A DNA stretch of 59,907 nucleotides, filler included, from Basidiobolus ranarum (taxonomy: Eukaryota): the NCBI GenBank assembly GCA_040143965.1. It is 3 parts of 3 records of this genome, joined end to end, with 100 filler letters (N's around TTAATTAATTAA, not from the genome) between each part and the next. Parts side by side here need not be neighbours in the genome. Positions count along the whole stretch, not along the records: positions 1 to 19,926 come from JASJQH010007113.1; 2 more parts are not named here. One strand, given 5' to 3'. Made by a program: the position numbers and the translations under genes. Of this stretch, positions 1 through 13,386 are shown piece by piece; the stretch's first letter is position 1; each line of letters starts with the position of its first letter. The notes beneath the pieces were generated by a model that was given only the letters and a program-made list of their open reading frames with translations, searched no databases and had not been told where the DNA came from.

Positions 1-12
1 AACAAACTAACG

Positions 13-233
13 TGTAGAATATGTCAAGGAAGGTCCCAGGAACATGTGTGCAAAGTTTGGGGCTTCTAGCACAAGTTTGAAAAATCTATATATCTGAGAA
101 CTTCTAAGTTGGTAAAAAGATTCTAAGTAAATTCTGATTGAGAATAATTGATAATATCTTAGTGAACTATAAGATAACTAAGTACTAAGCTATATATGAC
201 TATATAAATGCTTAGGCAATGCTAATTTCAACA
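13..233 (+). repeat. LTR-like sequence (TGTAG...TTCAACA), probably of a copia family
   Basis: TG...CA termini. Positions ~120-233 recur as a reverse complement at 1825-1937 and partly at 19403-19445; 32-100 resembles 19335-19402. No target-site duplication seen. Confidence 0.6.
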
Positions 234-699
234 AATTCCTCCTACTGAGGTGTTGAAGTTTATTGTCTTTATCATATTTGTTATCTCTGTCTTTATACAC
301 CTAACTATTTCATATATCACATATAAGTTAGTTAACATAGTCAAATATCACTTAACTGAAAATTGGAACATATATTATATATATATGTGAATAATGTGAG
401 AATCAGCAATTTCATATTGGAAATTTCAAACTTGTCCAAATTGCCCCAAAAATAGCTCATTTTACTCCCACAGATGTTCTGAGCACAATCCCAGCATTAG
501 TTTTCTGTATTACCACCAAAATGTATAAATGCCTTATTTGTGAACAATAAATAATTATCTCACAAAGCTATTCACAACTCCACTTTTCTAAAGTTCCTCC
601 AGACAGCCTATATTTTCCCAATATGAGGTGCCCAATTCAATGCCAAAAGCTGTAGTACCTCTATCCCAAACCAGTAGATCAAATTAGATTGGAAATAGC

Positions 700-1824
700 C
701 CTGATTACTATATAAATGAATCCCAAAATTGGGCCTATGCATGCACAGCTCAAATACATGAACCTCAGACTGTAAGTGAGGCCCAAATGGCCCTCACATA
801 AATTTTGGAGATTTGTAATGGCTGATGAGCTCCAGGCTTTGATTGATAATCAAACCTGGATTTTAACCAACTTACCTGATGATAGAAAATCAATTGGCTT
901 CCAGTGGGTGTTTAAAGTAAAATATAACTTTGATGGCAATATAGAGAGGTATAAGGCTAGACTCATAGCCAAAGGCTGTTCCTAAGCACTAAGAATAGAT
1001 TACATAGAAACTTTTGCTCTTGTAGCAAAGTTTAATTTGATTAGATTGATTTTAGCAATTTCAACTAAATATCAGTTTGTTATACATTAAATGGATGTTA
1101 AAACTGCTTTTTTGAATGGTGAGCTTGCTGAGAGGATCCATATGGACCACCCAGACAAATATATTGACCCAGAAAACCCTAAAAAAGCTTACAGACTCTT
1201 GAAAACATTCTATGGCTTAAATCAATCTCCAAGAGCTTGGAATAGCAACATAGATGCTTTTTTGGAAACACTCAAATTCCAAAAGAGTAATGCTAACTAT
1301 AGTATGTACATCAGGCCAGATAACACAAACCCAGTTCTACTAGCCTTATATCTAGATGGCCTTATTATAGCAACCAATGACTTAAAGACTCTAGAGAGAA
1401 CCAAATCCAGCTCATCTGCCAAATTCAAAATGACTGATCTTGGTAAACTCATGTACTATCTGGAAATCCAAATTAAGATAGATAGAACTACCAAAACAAT
1501 AACTTTAAACCAGTCTAAGTATATTCTAGATACACTAAAGAAGGTTAAAATGGAAAAATGGAATTCAGTATCTATCCCAATGGAGACAAATCTTGACTTG
1601 ACCAAAAATGGCTCAAATTAGATGTTCATGTATTCAAATGAAAGCCAGAAATTTCCTTATCAATCTATGTTTGGTAGCTTGATATATATCATGGCTGGAA
1701 CACAGTTAGATATTGCATATTCTGTGGGAGTTATGTGCCAATATCCTTGAAATTATGGATCTGTACTAATTGTAATCATAGCAGTTAAGCAGATTTTCAG
1801 ATATTTTAAAGGTACTGTGGAACT
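700..1824 (+). mobile_element. Degenerate Ty1/copia pol remnant (reverse transcriptase)
   Basis: Motifs WVFKVK...RYKARLIAKG, MDVKTAFLNG, YGLNQSPRAW, LYLDG (decayed YVDD), KFKMTDLG; several stops and frameshifts. Confidence 0.92.
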
Positions 1825-1940
1825 TGTTGAAATTAGCATTGCCTGAACACCTATAAAGTCATATATAGTTTAGTACTTAGTCATCATATATCTCACTAAG
1901 ATATTACCCATTATTCTCAATTGGAATTTACCTAAATATT
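1825..1940 (-). repeat. LTR fragment that truncates the copia RT
   Basis: TGTTGAAATTAGCATTGCC... is the reverse complement of ~120-233. Homology to the sister RT copy near 39680 stops at this point. Confidence 0.7.
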
Positions 1941-2251
1941 TTGCAATATTCACTATTTATAGAAGAAATTTTAATCCTAATATCAAGGTTTGAAATAATG
2001 AGTGCATTGAGTGTACATGTAGCAGATGTGAATGATATTTAACTATTGAAGAATTCACACATGCTTTGCTTTTGATTTATTTACAAGTTGATCGGATCAT
2101 TGAATATTTAGTTAATCAGAATATGGATTAGTTTCAGTTGGGGAGATGAGGTTCTATGATTTATCATGGAAGTTCAAGTACGAAGGGATAGGATAGATGG
2201 ATAAACAATGAATGAATAAGGTCACAATGATGATAAAATTTTGGAATTCCA

Positions 2252-4024
2252 TTATTTGGAAGCAAAATTTGCTTTCAATGCCTCAATAGCGTCTTTAGCG
2301 CCCAATACACATCCAATGAAACCGATGATGATGATAAATAGGCACCAGATTAACTCCCATATACGTACCGATCTCCAACCATATAATTTTAGATAGAATA
2401 CTACGGGTAAAACGAATACAATCATACAGTTGGAGAGGGCCCCGATGAGTGACATAAAATCAGCAAAATAGGGGATGTTCATCGCGATAAGTGCCACACA
2501 AATTACAATCAAGGTTCTTAATCCAAGTCGAGCCGTGAATTCCCGAATTTTGGAGGGATATCTCTGGTCGAAATTCAGCATCGACTCCACCTTAATTTTA
2601 AAGTGTGAATGAAATTTCATAGGAAAGAGAGAATAGAAAAGGAACTTTACCTCGTTAGCAAAGGTGGTCATCATCAAAGGAGCAGCTATGATAACATGTA
2701 TGGTTATCATGATCTTGGCGACATTTAAAGCCGCCCCTGAAATTGAAGATTGGAATTAGATGGACGCCTTGAATGAGTTATTTGTAAGCGAATACCTGTT
2801 GGTAAATTATCTAGAATGGGTGAGGTAGTGGCATTTCCATAAACGTAATATCCCGGGATACCAAGAACTAAGTACATCACTAATATGGTACCCACGGAAA
2901 GGCTTAAGATTTTGGTCCATTGCTCTGGATTTTTCATGGACTTCTCAACGTGTGCATAAATCACATTCCCTCCGAACGAGAAACTGATGGATGCTAGAGC
3001 CACAGGAAGGCCGGATAAGACCACAGCATCATGGGTTTTATCCATGTTACGAGGAAGATCCAACAAGCCTAATACAACTGTCACTACAATCACTACAACA
3101 GTTGCCAAAACACCAAATATACTGCATCTTGGTTAATCCAGAAATCATCTAAATATCGTTTGAAATCGGTGCTTACGATAGGAATGCGACCTCTCTTAAA
3201 GTCTTCAACGCGATAAATGGAACCCATGCGATGATTGCGGCTATAGTGATCCTGGATATGATTTAAGCACACTACCAACAGAGCAATATATATTGACTTT
3301 GTATTCTTACCACAATTTTAAACTCAAGTCGACGCCTAGTTGTTGTGTCATACTTTGAGCATTAAGACCGGTCAGCATAATGTATATACATGAGGTTCCA
3401 ATAAGAATAGAATAGTGGAAGAGTTGAACGGTGATCTTGCCAAATCGTCCGAAAGCTGCTTGTCCGATGGCAGGATAACTTTCTAATCTATTGACACTGT
3501 AGAGAGTTTTATGGTCAGATGGATATTGCAAGTGTTTGGTGGGCTTAATATGTTACCCATTATAGTACAAGCAGCGAATTAGCAGATGACCGGAGTATAT
3601 GGCAATGATAGCTGATAAAACCATAATCCCCACTCCGATCCAACCGCCTTGCTTCAGTGAATATGGTAGCTGGAGGTGAATATCAGTTAAGGACTCTTGA
3701 AATTTGCCACTGTCATGTAAGACATATTATCATTGATAAAAAGGATATAATCCCGGTACCAGCAATGACACAACTTGAAGCGTGATTCAATATGTCAATA
3801 GGAGATTCATGCTAAACAAAATATTGACATAAATAATTACATTATATTAAAGTAAGCCCCGAAATTCGACCCGATTCTGTCACTTCTATGCTGAATATTG
3901 GTGATCTCTCCCTCACCCTTGACTCTGACATTTGGTAGCTCGTATTCTGAAGTAAAAGTGAAATAAGCACACTGCGCAATACGTATGTTGGTCAAGAAAA
4001 CTCACCAGCTTTGGACTCGTTCAT
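2252..4024 (-). CDS. Amino acid transporter (Aa_trans/AAAP, AVT1-like), multi-exon
   Basis: ATG at 4024 followed by a GTGAG donor. Exons encode CVIAGTG, LPYSLKQGGW, SYPAIGQAAFG, FSFGGNVIY, IPYFADFMSLIGA; multiple TM helices. Confidence 0.9.
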
Positions 4025-5642
4025 ATCGTTTCTTAAGCTAATTTACCTTCTTAGTGCCCCTTTTATATGAATATAAGGTTTGGATACAATTATCGAAGTT
4101 TCTATGCATTTGGAATTGGCTAGAATGTATCAACGTTTCACGTAAACATTTTTTCTTTCCCATTTCCAGATACACACTTCACATCTTTCACTCTTAAAGG
4201 AAACCATCTCTTCACCTTGGTCCAATGGAGTATCTATCCTATCCGAATATGTAAAATCCAGGGGTTATGAAGGTTGATAAGTCGGGTGTAACCTGTCGAT
4301 TTTGGTGAGTTTAGTGAGGTTTGGATTGGGTTGATCCTTAGACAAATGTGGTGTTTTCCGCGATTTCATTTTCCGCTACTTTCATATTTTATTATATCTG
4401 ACGCAATGACTTTTTCATTCATACTCATCCACTACATAGTACATAAGGACATTGAACTTCATTCACTTTGTAGTACAAATGGGCACCATTCACTGCATAA
4501 CTTTACTGCATAGCTTGGTAATATCACATTTGGAGTGTTTAGAGTTAAACGCTTACATTTATTCAACAGAGTTTGGGTTGGTCACCTTTATTAAAGTAAT
4601 ATCTAAAGAGTGAAGACAAGATGAACATATTATATTATAGGTTGCGTAACCTCTTAAACATAAATACAAAGTAGGATGGTTCGTGATAAAGAGATAATCT
4701 GTACTTATATTGGACATCTATCCCTTGGGTCATAGTCCTAATGAATAATGATGTTAGTTACTTGAGCGAGATTAGTGCGATAGGATCTAAATACCTGAGA
4801 AGTCAGCCTTCGTGAGTTCAACCTTTCCATGATGCCGCAAATTCTGGCCAGCTCTAGATGATCCTGAAGCCCATACTTCACCACTACACACTGATTGTAA
4901 AGGGAATGGCGCGAAGAGGAAGTGACATACAATTGAAGCTCGTCCGTAGCCGCCTCACAGCGATTAATATCATGGTTACCATCGCAGTATGAACAAATGA
5001 CAGATACGTCGTTATGAGGCTTGGAAGGAATCTTAGCATAGCGCTGTGGTCGAGTTAATTGCATGTAAAAAATCAATACCAAAAAGAGAAGGTATATTCA
5101 CGTTCCAAATGACACTGGCATAAGTTATATACATATTCACATCACATCAGATGAAACGAAGCCCCTGTTCACAAACGATGAATCGCGATATAGCTAGCTC
5201 TTTAATTATCTCAGCCCAATTGACGATTTATGTTGAGAAATACCCCCTCACTACTGGCATTTACCGGTTGACATCGAACTCTAATTTATACGATATGCAA
5301 TGGGACATGCAAAGGGATATATATGATGGAAGAATTGATCATTACTCGATTTTAAATTTGGTTGACGGTTAATGATTCATTCGAGATTGAGTTTCACTTG
5401 GAAAGAAACAATACAGAAACACAATAGGTTCATCACTTTAGCAATCGAAAAGGTTTTGTAGAGATTCTAGGGGCTTCGTGAACAGCGTAAGAGAAACTTG
5501 GTTAAAATGAAAAATCAATTAAACGAGTAATGAATCCAGTATTATTATTGTTTAATTTCATCCCAGCCCTTTCTACCGAGTATTTATTGACTTTCAAGGA
5601 ATCTCTTTCATTATTGATTTATCTGTTTAGTAGGAAGTGAAA

Positions 5643-6188
5643 ATGATACCCTTGGATGGCAACATTGATATTTCGAGGATGGCCTCGTACGTTTCTACTC
5701 GACTCTGGCTGGGAACTCGCCAGGCAGCTGGATCGGTGGAATTTCTAGAGGAGCACAACATAACCCACATACTCGTAGTGGGGAGGAATTTAGCGCCCGC
5801 TTTCCCATATAAATTCGTTTACGAGACAATACCCGTGTTGGACAGAGATGAAGAGAACATTCTACAATATTTTGATCAAGCATTTGAATTTATCAACAGT
5901 GCAATTATCCAGTCACCATACAACACAGTACTCATCCATTGCTCCATGGGGATATCTAGTAGCGCCGCCATCGCTGTAGCATACTTAATGCGTCGTTATC
6001 AACTGCGATTCGAGCATGCTTTGGAGAGAATTCGACAATGTCGAAAGTGTGTATGTCCAAATCAGAATTTTCGACGCCAACTAGCACTATACGAAAGTAT
6101 GAACTATCGAGTTCGAAAAATGAGCTTTTCTTACATCAAATTCTCTACTGCTATGGCCTTTGAAAAGAATCGAGGAACTTTGGTTTAA
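5643..6188 (+). CDS. Dual-specificity phosphatase-like protein with a non-canonical active site
   Basis: LWLG, HNITHIL, VLIHCSMGISSS, AYLM, CPNQNFRRQL are DSPc motifs; the CX5R Arg is replaced by Ser. Confidence 0.85.
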   Translation: MIPLDGNIDISRMASYVSTRLWLGTRQAAGSVEFLEEHNITHILVVGRNLAPAFPYKFVYETIPVLDRDEENILQYFDQAFEFINSAIIQSPYNTVLIHCSMGISSSAAIAVAYLMRRYQLRFEHALERIRQCRKCVCPNQNFRRQLALYESMNYRVRKMSFSYIKFSTAMAFEKNRGTLV

Positions 6189-7211
6189 CATTAGCTCCTT
6201 CTATCTGACATATTATCTCTAGTTTTCTTTTCATTCTTTCATTTACTTTGCGAACTCTTATCCATTGTTTAATACCGTCCAATGTAATTATTCACAACAT
6301 TCTATTAAACCCTTGATATTGCTTTTGGCTAATTCATTGATATCTGACACTCCTTAATTCGTAACAAATTCAATCGGATCGGAGAGATATTAAGTATGTG
6401 ACGTATGCACTCATTCTAACCGTATCCACTCATTCTAACCTGTAATAAACATACTTCCCAACGTTTCTCAATAATCACTGATGAAATCTGACAGTTTCAT
6501 AAGTTGTGTGAGAATATCTACTGTAACAAGCATTTACACTCGCCCTCGCCCTCTTTGGCACTCCTTGAACATTATCTCAAAAATGTCTCTTGAACGAATA
6601 TTTCCTTATGTAAAAATTTCCTTATTGGATGGGATGGATGATGATTGGGTAGAGGTGGGGAATCATGTCGAATAGTATCGTCATTTCTGAATGAGACTTC
6701 GGGTCTAGACCTTTGAATTTGTATAGTAAACCGTCTGGTAGGTCAAGTTCAAGTTCGGTGAGGTTAAATGAAGTTTAGGGCTATCGATGGCAGGTGGCAG
6801 ATGAGAGGAGTGAAGGATATGATTGTACTCGGTATAACTAGAATATCAGTGTTGGGGTTTCATGACATGTTTAGAAGAAATGACCTATGAAACTTCATCT
6901 AAGCCTTGATAACTGTGTCTCAATAGATTCTACCAACACCTTGATTTTTATCTCCCTCCATCAACCCTTTTTGGTGGAGATGATTGACTCATATATCTAT
7001 ACTTTTTGCTAACTCCTTAGGTTACTTTCTATATGTTGGCTAGTAGAATGAATGAGTGCGCATTAGGTTGTTATGAATTGTAGTTATGAATTGTAGTTGG
7101 TATTACGTTTATTATTATGACTATGTCAAATAAATGTATGGGGTCAGGCAACGGCTGAGATACACATCAATTGAATATCACCCGAGCTTATAATGAGGGG
7201 AGATGCTAACT

Positions 7212-8319
7212 CTAGGTAGATGAGATGCTAAGTCCAAGAATAAGCATTATGACCGTTGACCAGCTGACCACTGACATCATAGCAGTATTAGAGGAGACAA
7301 TGCTAGTCATAGGAGTAATATTGTTGGTAGCGGTAGGTGAGGATTTAGACATTACAGAGGTAGTATTTGTGGGTAGAATCGTAGAGTTGGCTTTTTTGTT
7401 ATTATTCTGAGCATCACGGTACATAGGAACTCTATTTCCCAAACAATCAGCCACCGTCTCAAAAGTATAATTCTTACCACGAATTAAATCAATAATTCTA
7501 CCGGTCATACTAACACTAAACTCCTCAATATCATGTTGTAAAGAAATGAAACTACTGGCGGGTGTACCAAGTTCTAGCTCCTTCTCAATATTGGTGTACA
7601 CTAACTCGTATTTCGATGGATCTCCATGATAACGCCAATCTACGAATCGTTAATAAAATGAAATTTTAATTCAATCTAACGATAAATGAAACTCACCATT
7701 GGAATCAACATTCCAGTTGATAATTGTATAGTTCATCCGTGTCAAGGCTAATCTAGTATTTTCGTTACACTCGCCATGGGGTGGTCTGTTCATAATGGGT
7801 TAGTCATAGACGGTAGAGATGGAATAAGGATTCAACAGTTAATACCTCATGAAATTAGGTGTAACTTTGATGACATTTTGCACTGCCTTCTCCACCTGAG
7901 TCATTTCTTCTCTGATCTGAGCTTCAGTTAATGTATTGAGATGTGGATGTGTGTGTGTATGTAGTGCTATTTGATGACCATCATCATAGGCTTGCTTAAG
8001 GAATCCGGAGATGGTAAGATCAATGACGTTAACTCCGAGAACAAAGAAAGTCACAGTCACTTGCTTTTCTTTGAGGGTTTTGAGCAGAGCTGGTGTGTAC
8101 AGACTTGGCCCTGAAAGAAGAAACGAAATCTGTCAGTTCATAGGAAGTAATTTAATAAATGAGACCAAGTGTGAAATTACCATCGTCAAATGTCAGTGCA
8201 AAAACTCCAGGCTTTTCACAGGTGAGAACAATCCCTTCACCAATATCTTGTGCATGCATACCACCCATGAGGGATATAGCAGCAATGAAAGAAGCTGAAA
8301 TAAGACTAAGAAGTTTCAT
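7212..8319 (-). CDS. Chitin/polysaccharide deacetylase (CE4/NodB), secreted, probably GPI-anchored; 3 introns
   Basis: Signal peptide MKLLSLISASF; motifs ALTFDD/GP, VTFFVLG, HTHTHP, R/PPHG, WNVDSN/DW, ISLQHD; Ser/Thr-rich stalk and hydrophobic C-terminus. Confidence 0.92.
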
Positions 8320-8864
8320 TTTAATGAGTTCAACTATTTGTATCTATGGTATTAGAGGTGAATATGAATGATGATTCTTAAAGAATTGTCGCTTCTTGGC
8401 GGTCTATTTATTTAGCTTTGCTGGAATAGCTCAGTCGGCCATGCAGGAGAGTGAGGGTTCAGTGAATAAAGTATTAAGAAAATCTGTTTGTAATACTGAA
8501 ATTCAAAAGAATGATCGACCAGAGGCGTCTATTGTCCGCGAGAGCAAGCAATATTAAATCAAGTGCATGTTGATGTTCTGATATCTGGTAGATAGCTCGG
8601 CATGATTAGTAAACGAAGGGTTATCATCAGAAAGGCATATACGCGACTCCTTACTCAAAATATTGGTCAAAAACTCCTACTTCCAAATGTCAGGCACAAT
8701 GTAAAACCCCTACCAAAAGTTGCTCACTAGCAAGAACAAATGGAAAATAGTGGTTATGCATGTTTATGTGACCCATATATGTAGATATCCTTAGCTAGCA
8801 TCTATGTGCTTATTTTCATCTAGATCGACGTAACTTGTTTAATGAAGTGCGCAATATATACAGA

Positions 8865-9075
8865 ATTGATTGGTTCCTGAATAGTGTCAGAAGTTGAGCA
8901 AAGGTGACATGAATTCACTTATCTTCTAAAGATGCTTATTAATCATCACAACTCATTCAAATTCTACAAGAAATATTGGAAAGTCTGGAATTCGAGAAAA
9001 AAAATGGAAAGTGAAAAAATTTTCCTGATAATTCCATATTTCGTCAGTGCATTGAATTCCTCTATTGATTGGTTG
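8865..9075. promoter_or_regulatory. Two reverse CCAAT boxes (ATTGATTGGTT) upstream of cytochrome c
   Basis: Identical 11-mers at ~8865 and ~9064; fungal cytochrome c promoters are established CCAAT-binding (Hap) complex targets. Confidence 0.5.
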
Positions 9076-9328
9076 AATTCCACCCCAAGTTTCACCCGAG
9101 ACGCATTCCGAATGGAGTGATGGATTAGGGAATACTATTTTAGTGAATTTGGTTCGGGTCGATCCAACAAAGTAAATAAAGAAAAAAACTTGGGTAACTA
9201 CGGAGGGAGGGAAAAAATATGGGGTATTCCATGGGGGTGTTCAGTAACTATATATTGCAAATACGCGGGGAATTCAAGTCTTCAGTAAATCGTAAACTCT
9301 CTCTTACTTTTTTAACTAATTATTTACA

Positions 9329-9652
9329 ATGGCCCCTGTTGGTGATGCTAAAGCCGGAGCTAAGCTCTTCAAGACCCGTTGTGCCCAATGTCACACTGTT
9401 GAACAAGGTGGTGCCCACAAGGTCGGTCCTAACCTTAGTGGACTTTTCGGTCGTAAGTCCGGTACCACTGCTGGTTTCACCTTCACCGCTGCTAACATCA
9501 ACAAGGGTGTAACTTGGGATGAGGATACCTTGTTCGATTACCTCGAGAACCCCAAGAAGTACATTCCTGGTACCAAGATGGCATTCGCTGGTTTCAAGAA
9601 GCCTAAGGATCGTGCCGACTGTGTCGCTTATCTTAAGGAATCTACTGCTTAA
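9329..9652 (+). CDS. CYC1: Cytochrome c
   Basis: CAQCH heme motif, [28 protein letters not shown]; intronless. Confidence 0.99.
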   Translation: MAPVGDAKAGAKLFKTRCAQCHTVEQGGAHKVGPNLSGLFGRKSGTTAGFTFTAANINKGVTWDEDTLFDYLENPKKYIPGTKMAFAGFKKPKDRADCVAYLKESTA

Positions 9653-10521
9653 GCTAGTTGCATCATCATACATATAATACTGCATTACGTTCTATCCATC
9701 AACAAACTCATGTACACAATTTGACCCTTATTTCTTCCATAAACGTCATTGAACTTGAATAAACTAAACTGTTTGTCAACTCATTTCTTACGTAAAATTA
9801 ACTATCTGGTCTTGTATGGTGGAAAATCAATCCCTTAATCCCCTGTCACTCTTCGCATTTGCTTGCTGCTCAAACCTTTGCGAAACAAGGTGAACCCTGC
9901 ATCGATGCATTGCTTGGTTCGGAACATGTCTTGTTTAAACGACTACAGTGTACATAGTTGAGAATATGATGTAAAAACAAAGGTATTCAAGAGTATTTTG
10001 TAGAAAGGTTGATTTCAGTTGATCGAATAAAATATTCCATTGTTCATCCCAAAGAAAGGTAGATACGGAAAGGGAGAGTAGAAGGGGAATAGGAAAGAGT
10101 GGAGAATATGTATAAAATCAAAATATATATTTACTTGGAAAGAAATAGTAGATGGTGAAATCAGATAACATCTCAAATAACACTGAATTTGAATGGTCGC
10201 AAAGTCTAAACAACAATGAAAAAGCGTAAAACATTGGAAAATCATTCGTTTGCTTATCCCGGTAAGAAGTCTATGACACAGTATGAACGAAAGATGGGTG
10301 AAAATCGGAGGAACGTCAAAGACGTGGAAAGTTAAAAAGAATTTACAGAAACTAGCAAATCTTTTCTAAGCGGTCATAACCTAGATACAGGTTCATATAG
10401 AGTGGCTTGAGTTAAATTAGGTAAAACAGTGGTGAAGAAATAGTTTCTATTCCAACACAAAAATACAAAGACCATTCGACCATACCATTCAAACTTCAAC
10501 GTTGTAATCTTGGCCTGATCT

Positions 10522-11414
10522 TTACATTACAATACAGCAACAACCGCCACTGCCTGATTCTTCACCATAATGACTATTACTATTGGCCCCATTCGCACCG
10601 TTACCATTTTGTGACTCGCGGTTGAATTTTCGGATTTCTCGGACGATATTGTAGAAAGCTTCGTCAACATTGATCCTTTGCTTTGCGGATGTTTCGATAA
10701 ATGGACAGTCAAACTGCCGAGCAAGATCTTTACCCTCTATATTATGGAAATTCAGGGTTAATTCAAAAGAATACATTCGTTTTGTAAAGAAAGTATTATT
10801 GACCTTGAGAAGAGACTTGTCTTTCGCTTTCCAAATCACATTTGTTGGCAACGATAATGATAGGGAAATAATCCACATCATTTACGCGTAAAATTTGTTG
10901 CTGGAAAGTGCTGATTTCCTCAAAGGAGTTTCTCGACGTGATACTATAGACTAAGAGAAAGCCTTCGCCTGTACGCATATATTGCTCTCTCATAGCACTA
11001 GAAGCAAATCATTTTGTTGGTTAATGAAGAGAAAATCAACACTCTATCAAATAAACGTTTACTTGTATTCTTCTTGACCGGCGGTATCAAGAACATCCAG
11101 CATCGAGATTTCGTCGTCAATTACACATTGTTTACGATAGGAATCTACAGGATAAAATTCAAGTCAGTTCAGCGTACAAACACCAAATGTTAGAGTAAGA
11201 ACGAACCTTCAATAGTGGGATCATATTCATCTACAAAATGGGACTGGATAAATTGGATTGTAAGTGCAGATTTACCAACGCCTAAAAGAGTTCAGAAAAA
11301 CGAATGGTTATTTTTTGGACAGTGTGAAGTTTGAAACGTGTAGATTCAGATTAACTACTTACCACCACCACCAACAACAACTAGTTTATATTCTCTATGG
11401 ACTTTAGCAGCCAT
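10522..11414 (-). CDS. RAS1: Ras GTPase; 4 introns
   Basis: [43 protein letters not shown] and a C-terminal CCCIVM CAAX box. Confidence 0.97.
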
Positions 11415-12250
11415 GACTAAGTTTGGGGAGATAAGATAGTATGAAGATAGGGATCAAAGAAGTTAAAAGTATATCGAAGAAGTTTCAAAAAGGCTCTGAA
11501 GTGAGCAAAAGGTTTAGAGTGTCAAGCGAGTAAGGAGAGAAGTTAAGGAGATCAAGAGAGCTATTGCTAGATATGGACTGATGAAGGTAGATTACTCCAG
11601 ATAGTTGTTCAATGAAAGATTAGTTTAAATCAACAAACTAATTATCATATTTGATTAAATTAAGATTGGATGCGAATGGTCATTCATTTGTCACATTCAC
11701 AAATGAATAATATAGCCATTTTATCAGATTCTGATTAAGTTTGGGATATGGAAGCTACATGATAATAATAATAGCCCTAAATCTAAGGATGTTACAGCAA
11801 ATAACCAAGAGCTGTATATAGTCCGCTACATAACATCCGTTTGAGAGGAAAGAGCATCACGGGCGGTGATACGAGGGTTGCTAATAATAATGAATCGTGA
11901 TCAGATAGAGCTAGGGTTAGGGTTGGAAGTAAGGATATAAAGATTGCACATCTCTGCGTTTGAAACATGTTTGAGATGCATTGCTTCTCACCCTCGATGG
12001 TTGTACCTGTTTAGAGTGCCTTCGACGACTGATGGAGGCAGCTCATTAGACAAATCAAACTCAAGTCAACTAAACCAAGGGGTCAAGCGGCAAAGAGATA
12101 GGGGTAGGAGTAACAAAGATCGTATACATATGTTCCAGAATAGACTACTCTTCTTGAAACATGTCCATAGCTTTATGATACGATGTAATGAAAAATAATA
12201 TCCATTCTACATTATAAGGAAAGCCAAATGCTCCTTGATCACCAAAGATC

Positions 12251-13340
12251 ATGAGAGTCAAAGGGTGCACAGTATTTTCTGTGCTTGTAATATTTTCCAA
12301 ATCAGTACTTGGAGGGGACGATTGGAAGAGCTTGGATAGACCTGTACTTGATAAAGGGATATTTGATGTTGTACGATTGCATGCAGAATATGCTGGTGTA
12401 GCTACCTGTTCAAGTAGCGCAGTTACCGACTGGAGTTGCTATCATTGTGTTGGGAATGGAGAGAATATTGGCCAGTACAAAGATTTACTAACAGGTGGAT
12501 CTTCATATGTTGCCATCGATAGAAATCTGAAGAAAATCATTTTAGGGTTCAGAGGGTGAGTTGAGCTTCATCCATTTATTTATTCATACTATACTGACAA
12601 ATGACTGATAATGTTGGCAGAACCATCAATCTTATGGGGGTCATTTACGACCTCGACTTTATCCCGATTCCTTATATACAAAACGGGATCAAGGCTAGCA
12701 TGAAGGTCCATGGAGGTATCTGGAAAAGTTTTGAGGGCCTGAAAAAAGGGTATAGGAAACACCTGCTTAAAGCGTTGAAGATAGCCATAAGCGACGGAGA
12801 ACCGGAGAAATATGAGATTGTGGTGGTTGGTCTTTCGCTGGTAATTTAAGTGGGTTTTTTGAACTCTCCAGAAGCACGCTTAACCTTAATTGTATTTAAT
12901 AGGGAGCAGCGTTAGCAACACTTGCTGGTTTTGATATCAAACTCATGATGAATAACTATACCCGAGTACCTGAGTTGAGTGATGCCTTGAAACACTTTCG
13001 CAAAGATAAATTTTATCTACATACCTTCGGTTCTCCAAGAGTTGGGAATCGTGCTATGGCGCAATTCATGTTCGAAGTTATTTCTGACGGTGAACTTACA
13101 CCAAGGGTACTACGAGTAGTGAATGCTAACGATCCGATTCCGCATGCTGGCATGCGATTCCTCGGCTTTCATCATATCCCCCATGAGATATGGATTGGAT
13201 ACGATCGCGTTACAACGTTTGAATGTAATGATGTGATCAATGGAACGATTCGTGAGGATCCTCTATGCTCCTCATCCATAGACAGCTACAATGCCTACAA
13301 ACACATAGAATACTGGGATGCTACATATACTTTATGTTGA
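12251..13340 (+). CDS. Secreted class-3 lipase; 2 introns
   Basis: Signal peptide; GFRG/T oxyanion region, VHGG, nucleophile elbow GLSL/G, TFGSPRVGN, RVVNANDPIPH, C-terminal His. Confidence 0.9.
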
Positions 13341-13386
13341 TAGGTTTCTTTTACTCTGCTAGCATGTCTCTTTGATGTATGTTTAT

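Noticed and set aside
9219-9685. ORFs overlapping cytochrome c, and similar antisense ORFs over SAH1, CHD1 and the subtilisin
   Set aside because: Shadow frames produced by codon bias of the real genes; no recognisable motifs.
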